In this document: piece after piece, positions 56,742 through 64,000 of the stretch
Layout of the letters: each line of letters opens with the position of its first letter
Numbering within the stretch: the stretch's first letter is position 1
Source: Dehalococcoidia bacterium
GTDB lineage: Bacteria; Chloroflexota; Dehalococcoidia; Plut-88900
Reading direction: 5' to 3'
Assembly: GCA_965197645.1 (NCBI GenBank)
Contig: OZ240219.1
Coordinates: 416,001-480,000 of the forward strand
Length of the DNA: 64,000 nt
The notes under the pieces: model-generated
Seen by the model: the letters and a program-made list of their open reading frames with translations, nothing else
What the model was told of the DNA's origin: nothing
Databases searched by the model: none
Program-made: the position numbers and the translations under genes

Positions 56742-59456
56742 TCACCCATCGGAATGGAGCCCGCTTCTCTGATTCGTAATAGAGGGTTCCCGCGCCAGCT
56801 CTTGCCGTATGTTGGCAACCCATTCGGGGTCGAGGCCCAACGCTTTGATTACCGCATCATCGATCTGCTCGCGTACGGGGTCCCAGTCCATTTGGGGGAG
56901 GGGCAGCAGGGTCTCGTTTTCCAGCCAGCCAAACCAGCTGTTCAGCAGGTCGAGCTCGGCTGGTCCCAAAGCGGGGAAGTCAGGCACCGGTAGGGACCGA
57001 AGAGTGTCCAGGGAGAAGGAAGGGTAGGATGGCACACGATTGTCGCGTCCGCCCAACAGAGACAGCAGACCGGGCGTGGAGTTCAGATAGAAGCATAGAG
57101 CCTTGGCGATGTCCGGGTCGTGAACCCGGCAGGGCGTCCAACGCGAGCCGACGGCCCGCTCCGGCAACATCACCGCACCGACTCGCGCAAGGTTCAGCCG
57201 TAGCCGGTGCGGCAAAAGCAGGTCGCTGCGCTGCTCCCAATAGCGGTCAGCCAGGTGACGTTTGGACTCTTTGGGCTCTATGTAAACGTCGGTCTCCGCC
57301 CGCATCGACTGGATAACGTCGGTCTTGTGATACCAGAGCGCGCGGCGGCCCGACGAGGTAGGCATATCCGAGGGCGTGTAGGAATCTCGTACTCGTCTTC
57401 CTTCCGGACCGACGTCGGCCAAGCCGCTCAGTGGTACGGTTGTAACCGAGCCCGGGCTGTCCTCGCTGAGTGTCCTGTAAGCGTCTACGAGAAACGGCGA
57501 CAGGAAGTTGACGGCGAACCAGTCGCCTCGTTCGATACGGCCGGAGTCCACCTGCTGGACTGTAAAGTCATGGGAAACAGAGGTGCCAGTTTCGCCTGCC
57601 CGCTCTATCCTTGCTACGGTGTCCAGCGCTTCCAGGGGCGTCGCCGGGTTGCGAGCTAGATTGACCACCTGCGTGGGAGGCTTCAGCCCCGCGTCCTTCC
57701 ACTCTCGACATACCAGCAACACATCACCGATTTTGGTGTTTTCGGAGAAGAAGATACGGGCAGGGTCGTGGGAGCTGACGATGGTGTCAACGTGATAGCG
57801 AGTTCCCAAAAACTTACGAATCTCTAGGCCTGATCTGTCAGTCATTCCCATGAGAGGCAAAATTGCTGCAATCGTCCCCGTACCGGTTTTACTAAGATGA
57901 TCGGCCAAAACCACGAATGCCCCGCTATTCCCGGCCATGTAGGTGGGCCTGTCTGCAAACAATTCCTTCTCTCGCCTTTTAATTGCCTGCTCGTCAGCGC
58001 GGCTGAACTGGTCGTGGCGCAGGCTGTCCCGGGTGAAGGGCGGGTTCATGATTACCAGGTCCATCGGTGGGGGAGGTCCAGTCATCCCTTCCTCGCTCTC
58101 CACCTGCTGAGTGGTCGATGGCCATGCGGAGAGCCGGGCCTGACCGGAGAGGAAGTCCAAAGAGCCGAGATAGGGCTCACCATCGACGACTCCCAGCAGC
58201 GCCCGGTGAATGTTCATCCGGCTGAACATGGTGGTGGGAGAGAGCATCCCCAGTGTACTGGCAGCCATGTGGGTCGCGGTCAAGTTGACGTCGTAGCCCC
58301 ATAGAACGTCTTCGACAAGCACAAGGCCAAGGGCTTCTTCGTCCTCGGGGTCGCCGGGTCCAGCGGCATTGCGCAGATCGCGGATGCGTTCGGCTGCGGC
58401 CATCAGGAGCGTGCCGGTTCCGCATGCTGGGTCACAGATACGGAGAGCAGCAGCCGCATTTGGGTCGGACCAGTCGGCATCCTGCTCACGTAGGGCCAGG
58501 GAGGCCAACAGCACGGCCGCGGCGGTAGAGGTGTAGTAGGAGCCGTCATAGCGGGCGGTATCCAGCACCTTGTGAAAGATGCGCCCCAGCAGGTCATGGC
58601 GTAGACCAGCCACTTTCTCCGCGATTCGCGCCACCACCTCGGCCAAGCTGCTCACAGCCCGGCCGGTATCGATGTCTGCCGGCAGTGCAGCCAACGCCGT
58701 CCGGCCAGCCTCGAAGACAGGGCGGTAGTCCACTGCTAATATGCCGCGCCAAGCCTCCCGGAAGGCGTTAATCGTCTCTTGCTGTTCGGCGCATATGTTG
58801 GCGCTGGCGGGCGGCCAGTCCCCATTGTACTGGCCAGGGCACTCGGTAGGCAGGTAGCTCTGGACGCGCTGGTGGAACAGCATTGCGGTAGCCACAACCA
58901 GCATTCCCCGCTTGGCGGCCACGAAATAGCGATCGCTTTGCTGTCCTTTCATGGTCTTAGTAGCGGGGAGGTCCAGGGCTCGCGCCAGCGCCCGCCGGAC
59001 GGGCGTTTTCATCCCCTGCACCACGACGTCCAGTCCTTCCGAAAGCATCTGCGCCGCCACGTCCGCACCGCTCAGGGAGCGCGGCGTCTGCTGAATTGCA
59101 TGCGCGAGTTGTGTGACGCCGCCGGTGGACCATTCCCCGGACGGCTCCCCAGCTTTGACTCGGACGGTCCAGGTCAGCGTCGCCTTGGCTAGATTATCCT
59201 CGGTAACGCCTTCGGGATAGCAGACAGCAAACACCACCGTTGCCCGCTTCTGACGCAGACGCATATCGGCGTCCTTGATTGCTTGTGCCTTGCGGTGGAA
59301 CCCGGTTTCCGCCTCGAGAACAACTCGTAAGCCCTCCACCTCCGCCACAACATCCATCCGTTTGCGTCCACTCCGTTGTTCGAAGTCCGCAGCTACTCCT
59401 CGCTTGGTAAGGAGGTGGGCCAAAGCTCGGTTCTGGAACTCCTCTTGCTTCCCCAT
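56742..59456 (-). CDS. Single-chain restriction-modification enzyme (Type IIG/IIL-like; N6-adenine MTase + N-terminal nuclease-like domain + TRD)
   Basis: HDLLGRIF..GSYYT, ICDPACGTGTLL (motif I), DLVIMNPPF (motif IV), N-terminal RMDVV..VLEAE. Confidence 0.8.
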   Translation of the reverse strand: MGKQEEFQNRALAHLLTKRGVAADFEQRSGRKRMDVVAEVEGLRVVLEAETGFHRKAQAIKDADMRLRQKRATVVFAVCYPEGVTEDNLAKATLTWTVRVKAGEPSGEWSTGGVTQLAHAIQQTPRSLSGADVAAQMLSEGLDVVVQGMKTPVRRALARALDLPATKTMKGQQSDRYFVAAKRGMLVVATAMLFHQRVQSYLPTECPGQYNGDWPPASANICAEQQETINAFREAWRGILAVDYRPVFEAGRTALAALPADIDTGRAVSSLAEVVARIAEKVAGLRHDLLGRIFHKVLDTARYDGSYYTSTAAAVLLASLALREQDADWSDPNAAAALRICDPACGTGTLLMAAAERIRDLRNAAGPGDPEDEEALGLVLVEDVLWGYDVNLTATHMAASTLGMLSPTTMFSRMNIHRALLGVVDGEPYLGSLDFLSGQARLSAWPSTTQQVESEEGMTGPPPPMDLVIMNPPFTRDSLRHDQFSRADEQAIKRREKELFADRPTYMAGNSGAFVVLADHLSKTGTGTIAAILPLMGMTDRSGLEIRKFLGTRYHVDTIVSSHDPARIFFSENTKIGDVLLVCREWKDAGLKPPTQVVNLARNPATPLEALDTVARIERAGETGTSVSHDFTVQQVDSGRIERGDWFAVNFLSPFLVDAYRTLSEDSPGSVTTVPLSGLADVGPEGRRVRDSYTPSDMPTSSGRRALWYHKTDVIQSMRAETDVYIEPKESKRHLADRYWEQRSDLLLPHRLRLNLARVGAVMLPERAVGSRWTPCRVHDPDIAKALCFYLNSTPGLLSLLGGRDNRVPSYPSFSLDTLRSLPVPDFPALGPAELDLLNSWFGWLENETLLPLPQMDWDPVREQIDDAVIKALGLDPEWVANIRQELAREPSITNQRSGLHSDG

Positions 59457-59644
59457 CAATCCTCGCCTTCGAACTGGGGTTCTGCTGCTGTACTGACTAG
59501 CTGGCAGACTAGCTTACATTATCTTTGACGCCAAATGTATGTAAATGCCGTCAGCCGAGCTTTTCCGTTTGTCGTGCGCCAGTTCGTCGGAATCTTCAAC
59601 CCAATCACCTCATCAAGCGTTACAATAGACTGAGGAGACCGGAA

Positions 59645-60280
59645 ATGAAGTTCTTGACCCAGATGTCCCTGCTGCAAAAGCGAATAATCTTCTCCATCGG
59701 GTTGGCGGGTATCGCCGCGTTCGTGTTCACCTTCAATAATCCCCTGGCAGGCGGGCCGGCCAGCACCATGGTCTCCGAGGCCGGCGAGACGATGTCGGTC
59801 ACGCTGGGCATAGTCGACAACGTCAACCTCGATAGCACCGACGAAGGCGTGGGGGTGGACGTGGGGCAGGCGGCCCCCAACTTCAACCTCGAGGACGAGT
59901 CCGGCGAACTTGTCCAGCTCTCCCAGTACCTGGGCGAAAAGGCCGTGGTCGTGAACTTCTGGGCGAGCTGGTGTGCCTTCTGTCTAGAGGAGATGCCCGA
60001 TCTTCAGAGGATCGCCGAAGAGTTCGAGGACGATCTGGTTATCATTGGCATCAACAACATGGAGACGCCACAACAGGGCGACTCCTACGCCGTCGAGCGC
60101 GGCGTGACCTACCCCACCGTTTACTTCCCCAGGGACGCCGCAGTGGTGCAGGCCTACGAGGTGCTGGCCATGCCCACCACCTACTACCTCTCCAAAGACG
60201 GCGTCGTAGTGGTCAGGAAGATCGGCTTCGATACCTTTGAGGGGATAAGGGAGAAGGCCCTTACCGCCATAGAAGGCTAG
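59645..60280 (+). CDS. TlpA/ResA-like thiol-disulfide oxidoreductase, membrane-anchored
   Basis: N-terminal TM, GQAAPNFNL, VVNFWASWCAFCLEEMP, MPTTY. Confidence 0.9.
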   Translation: MKFLTQMSLLQKRIIFSIGLAGIAAFVFTFNNPLAGGPASTMVSEAGETMSVTLGIVDNVNLDSTDEGVGVDVGQAAPNFNLEDESGELVQLSQYLGEKAVVVNFWASWCAFCLEEMPDLQRIAEEFEDDLVIIGINNMETPQQGDSYAVERGVTYPTVYFPRDAAVVQAYEVLAMPTTYYLSKDGVVVVRKIGFDTFEGIREKALTAIEG

Positions 60281-60302
60281 TCCACGCTTTCAGTGCCCCG
60301 CG

Positions 60303-60390
60303 GAGCCTGTTTCAGAACCCTGCGTAGAGGGAGTCCGGAGGGAAACTTCCCTCTGGCAGGGGGTATGGGGGATGTGCCCCCCAACCCCTT
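60303..60390 (-). repeat. Diverged GC-rich palindromic repeat related to the MITE core
   Basis: GGAGTCCGGAGGG-AAACTT-CCCTCTGGCAGGGGGTATGGGGGATGTGCCCCCCA resembles the reverse complement of the GGGACACCC..AGACTCCCGGC..CCCCTCTG modules. Confidence 0.5.
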
Positions 60391-60462
60391 ACCTGCCCAC
60401 GTCCACTAAGCTATACTGGGCGCACATCCACGCACGAAGCAAGTTTCATTGGAGGTGAACTG

Positions 60463-61188
60463 ATGGCTGGACACTGGGAGGACCTGAACGTAAACAAGAG
60501 CACTATGGGGGCTTACATCACCCAACCGGATGGTGATGGCCCCCGTCCGGGCGTAGTGGTCATCATGGAGGCCTTTGGAGTCAACGGCCACATAGAATCG
60601 GTGGCGGACAGGCTCGCCGGCGAAGGCTACACAGCGATAGCGCCGGACCTCTTCTACCGGCAGAGCCCTCGCCAGGTCTGCGGTTACGACGAGCTCGACA
60701 AGGCCATCGGCTGGATAGGAAACCTGAAGGACGACGAGGTTATAGCCGATGTCGGCGCCGCTATCGACCATCTCAAATCGCTGTCCAGCAGTCAGGGCGA
60801 TAAGGTGGGCATCGTCGGGTTCTGCGTAGGCGGCCGCATCTCCTACCTGATGGCCGGCAGCAACGACTCGATAGGGGCGGCGTCGGTCTACTACGGCGGG
60901 GGCATCATGGCCGAGTTCGGCGGCCCTCCCACACCCTTCGATCGCACCTCCAACATCAAGGCGCCGGTCCTGGGCTCCTTCGGGGAGAAGGACACCCACC
61001 CCTCCCCCGATGAGGTGCGCCAGATAGAAGCCGAGCTGAACAAGCACGGCGTCGCCAACGATATCCAGATCTATGCCAATGCCGACCACGGCTTCCACTG
61101 CGATGAGCGGGACAGCTACGAGCCCAACGCGGCGAAGGACGCCTGGGCCAGGACCCTGGACTGGTTCTCAACCCACCTGTCCGCTTAG
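60463..61188 (+). CDS. Dienelactone hydrolase family protein
   Basis: VVIMEAFGVN, APDLF, GFCVGG nucleophile, GEKD, HGF. Confidence 0.93.
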   Translation: MAGHWEDLNVNKSTMGAYITQPDGDGPRPGVVVIMEAFGVNGHIESVADRLAGEGYTAIAPDLFYRQSPRQVCGYDELDKAIGWIGNLKDDEVIADVGAAIDHLKSLSSSQGDKVGIVGFCVGGRISYLMAGSNDSIGAASVYYGGGIMAEFGGPPTPFDRTSNIKAPVLGSFGEKDTHPSPDEVRQIEAELNKHGVANDIQIYANADHGFHCDERDSYEPNAAKDAWARTLDWFSTHLSA

Positions 61189-61214
61189 CCGGGCACCATC
61201 AACGGAGGGCACAA

Positions 61215-62030
61215 ATGCTGGAAGCCTTTAGCTTAAAGGGCAAGACCGGCCTGGTAACCGGTGGGGGGAGGGGTATCGGCAAAGCGATAGCCCTGACCTT
61301 CGCCGAGGCCGGCGCCGACGTGGCCGTCGCTGCTCGAACGAAAAGAGAAATAGACGAGGTCGCGGCCGAGCTTCAGGCGTTGGGCAGGCGGGCCATCGCC
61401 ATCCAGGCCGATATCTCCGACTCGCAACAGGTCGACGAGATGGTAGCCCGGGCAACCGACTACCTGGGTCGCATCGATATCCTGGTGAACAACGCCGGCA
61501 CCGGACGAGGGGGTACCATCGCTCCGATTCCCGACCCCGTTGCCGAATGGCCAGACGCCGACCATAAGGGCGGCACCACCGACGAAGACTGGGACGTGAC
61601 CATGAGGGTCAACCTGGACAGCGCCTTCTACTGCAGCAGAGCCGTCGGCGCCCAGATGATCGAACGTCGCTACGGCAAAGTGATAAATATATCCTCCACC
61701 AACGCCATCATCGCCTACCCTGGAGTAGGGGCCTACAGCGCCAGCAAGATCGGTATGAACATGTTGACCAAGATTCTGGCCGGCGAGTGGGCTCGTTACA
61801 ACATATGCGTAAATTGCATCGGTCCGGGCTGGTTCATGACCGAGATGAGCCGGGAAGGCTTCGAAGACCCGGAGATCTCCAAGGTCAGGATGAGCCAGAT
61901 CCCCATGGGTAGGCTAACCGACGTCAAGGACCTGGGCTACATGGCCGTCTATTTGGCCAGCCCGGCCGCGGACTGGCTGACGGGCCAGATCATCTACCTG
62001 GATGGCGGAGAGTCCGCTAAGGTGATCTAG
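61215..62030 (+). CDS. SDR family oxidoreductase
   Basis: TGGGRGIG, NNAG, NISS, YSASK. Confidence 0.9.
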   Translation: MLEAFSLKGKTGLVTGGGRGIGKAIALTFAEAGADVAVAARTKREIDEVAAELQALGRRAIAIQADISDSQQVDEMVARATDYLGRIDILVNNAGTGRGGTIAPIPDPVAEWPDADHKGGTTDEDWDVTMRVNLDSAFYCSRAVGAQMIERRYGKVINISSTNAIIAYPGVGAYSASKIGMNMLTKILAGEWARYNICVNCIGPGWFMTEMSREGFEDPEISKVRMSQIPMGRLTDVKDLGYMAVYLASPAADWLTGQIIYLDGGESAKVI

Positions 62031-62201
62031 CAGGGTGTCGGAGCACCCTTTCGCGACCATCCCCCTGGCCCCCTTCCTGGCCAGGAAGGGGGCCGAAAAA
62101 GAGATAGTTTCTGAGGGACACCCTCAGACTCCCGGCCCCCAGCAGGTAGTCTCAGAAGAACTTGCTTCGCCCCTCTGCACACCCCGTGCATCATCGGCCG
62201 G
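62031..62201 (+). mobile_element. MITE-like composite repeat filling the gap between convergent stop codons
   Basis: CTAG | CAGGGTGTCGG ... CATCGGCCGG | TTAG; near-identical to 55141-55328. Confidence 0.75.
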
Positions 62202-63368
62202 TTAGAGGACGTCGAGGTACTTCAACCCCGACCCGGTGTTGATGAGCAAGACAGTATCGGTGGGTGACACGGAGCCCGCCTTCAGCAGCTTCTTGAGCCC
62301 CGCCAGAGTCGCCGCACCCTCCGGGCAGGCGAAGATCCCTTCCGTCGAGGCGATCTCCCCGACACATCCGGCCATCTCCTGGTCAGACACTGTGAGCGCC
62401 GTTCCCCCGCTGCTCCTGACCGTATCCAGTATCAAGTAGTCGGCCACGGGCGAAGGGACCCTGAGTCCAGCAGCCATGGTGGAGGGATCGGGCCACGGTT
62501 CCGCCGACTCCGTTCCCTCCTCGAACGCCTTGACGATAGGTGCGCACCCCTCCGCTTGTACGGCCACCATGCGAGGTCTTTCGCTCCCTATCCAACCTAT
62601 GGCTTCCATCTCCTCGAACCCCTTCCATATTCCGAGCAGGCCGGTGCCGCCACCCGTTGGATAGACGATGACGTCCGGCAGCTTCCAGCCCATCTGCTCC
62701 GCTATCTCCAGTCCGAGGGTCTTCTTCCCCTCCAACCGGTACGGCTCACAGAGGGTGGACACATCGAACAGCCCCCGCTTCTCGGCCCGTAGACGCATCT
62801 CCCTTCCGGCATCGGCGATGGACCCTGGAACGAAGGCCAGCTTCGCTCCGTAAGCCCTGCACTCCTCAACGTTTGCCCTGGGGGTGGTATCCGGCAGCAC
62901 CACGTATGCCTCGATCCCTCCTCGAGCGCAGTAGGCCGCCATCGATCCGGCCGCGTTTCCCGCCGAGGGCATACCCAGCCGGTCCGATCCCAGCTCCCAA
63001 GCCCTGGAGACCGCAGCGGAGAGACCTCTATCCTTGAAGGAACCGGTGGGATTCAGTCCTTCGTCCTTGATGTACAGATCGGCGCACCCGATCCGCGTTC
63101 CCAGGCGCTGGGCCTTGGCTATGGGGGTGAACCCCTCTCCCAGGCTGATGACCCGGCCGGGGTCTCGCACCGGCAGCAGCTCGTGGTAGCGCCACATAGT
63201 GGAAGGACGCCCCGAAAGCTGCTCCTTGGTGAGGTCTTGAGCTATCTGCGTCAGGTCGTACCGGGCGTACAGCACCTTGTCGCAGTCGGGACACAGGTTT
63301 TGCGGTACATCCGCGGAGTGGGACTTACCGCAGCCGGTACACTCAAGGCGAGAGAGGTAGCTATACAC
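62202..63368 (-). CDS. thrC: Threonine synthase family PLP enzyme
   Basis: CxxC..CxxC N-terminus, MWRY, LGEGFTP, NPTGSFKDRG, SAGNA, EGKKT, PTGGG, NTGSGLKY. Confidence 0.88.
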   Translation of the reverse strand: MYSYLSRLECTGCGKSHSADVPQNLCPDCDKVLYARYDLTQIAQDLTKEQLSGRPSTMWRYHELLPVRDPGRVISLGEGFTPIAKAQRLGTRIGCADLYIKDEGLNPTGSFKDRGLSAAVSRAWELGSDRLGMPSAGNAAGSMAAYCARGGIEAYVVLPDTTPRANVEECRAYGAKLAFVPGSIADAGREMRLRAEKRGLFDVSTLCEPYRLEGKKTLGLEIAEQMGWKLPDVIVYPTGGGTGLLGIWKGFEEMEAIGWIGSERPRMVAVQAEGCAPIVKAFEEGTESAEPWPDPSTMAAGLRVPSPVADYLILDTVRSSGGTALTVSDQEMAGCVGEIASTEGIFACPEGAATLAGLKKLLKAGSVSPTDTVLLINTGSGLKYLDVL

Positions 63369-63376
63369 GTTCGATG

Positions 63377-64000
63377 CTAGGACGACTGCTTGGCTTTCCG
63401 GTAGTGCTTACGGGCCTTGGCTCGATTGCCACAGCCCTTCATGTCGCACCAACGCCGGCTTCGGTTTTTCGTGAGGTCCATGAACAAGGAGTTGCAGTCT
63501 TCCGCGGCGCACTTGCGCACCCGTTCCAGCCGCTCCGAGATCAGCAGGTAGCTGGCGGACTCGATCATCGGCCATAGGACCCTATCCAGGGTCTCGTCGT
63601 CGTTGGTCCAGTCCCACTCAAACCCGGCTCCCGTGAAAACGATTCCTGTCTTCCCCATCAGAAACACCAACTCGTCGTTGAACATATCCAAGGCCGATTC
63701 ATCGGGCTCTTGGTTCTCGGCAATGGATGAGAATATGCGGTAAATCGCCTCCCGGAGCAATACGGCCCGGTTCAGGACTGCCTTGGCATGAAGAGGATAC
63801 TCCTCGGCCCTTTTGGATAGCGCCTGGGCCTCGGTATCTGTGATAAAACCCTCCGTTTCGGCCCATGTCACAATGCAAAAGTAGCTCTTAAGGTAGTCCT
63901 TTGGCTTGGTCCTCCCGGATCGATGGTCGAGGGTTCCGGTGAACTCCAGGCAACAAGGGCCGTCCGAGTTACCGAAGGTTATGGCGATCTCGTCTCTGTG
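63377..64000 (-). CDS. ABATE/CGNR zinc-finger domain protein, 5' end beyond window
   Basis: Frame is open to the window edge (..GPCCLEFTGT..DYLKSY..TWA); LREAIY; C..C..LFMDLTKNRSRRWCDMKGCGNRAKAR. Confidence 0.9.
   Translation of the reverse strand, partial: HRDEIAITFGNSDGPCCLEFTGTLDHRSGRTKPKDYLKSYFCIVTWAETEGFITDTEAQALSKRAEEYPLHAKAVLNRAVLLREAIYRIFSSIAENQEPDESALDMFNDELVFLMGKTGIVFTGAGFEWDWTNDDETLDRVLWPMIESASYLLISERLERVRKCAAEDCNSLFMDLTKNRSRRWCDMKGCGNRAKARKHYRKAKQSS

Noticed and set aside
59960-59990. Second selenoprotein in the TlpA gene
   Set aside because: The active site is WCAFC with normal Cys codons.

Overview
GC-rich bacterial chromosomal segment. Gene content suggests Chloroflexota, probably Dehalococcoidia/SAR202-like (inferred from several family III CoA-transferases, an LLM oxidoreductase, SDRs, EF-G2, Rex and an AtpZ-led F1Fo operon; no database check was possible). 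Most of it is housekeeping and metabolism: moaA, citrate synthase, 2-oxoacid:ferredoxin oxidoreductase, lipB, mgtE, atp operon, etfAB, leuS, leuCD and a thrC-like gene. I saw no rRNA, tRNA, CRISPR array or transposase. The most notable signals, most of them not shown by the ORF track, are: (1) a peroxiredoxin split by an in-frame UGA at its catalytic residue and followed by a clean SECIS-like hairpin (selenoprotein); (2) a structured leader with a terminator and an alternative pairing upstream of mgtE that does not look like an M-box; (3) a DUF5678-like + retropepsin two-gene islet whose protease is completed only in the -1 frame; (4) an otherwise intact Mut7-C RNase gene with one in-frame UAG; (5) a modular MITE-like repeat family with YTAR target duplications and a nested insertion; (6) a probable CTG start for folB; (7) an unassigned aminotransferase/ureohydrolase/heterodimeric CoA-transferase/SDR operon; (8) a four-repeat Cys/His protein next to a single-chain restriction-modification enzyme.
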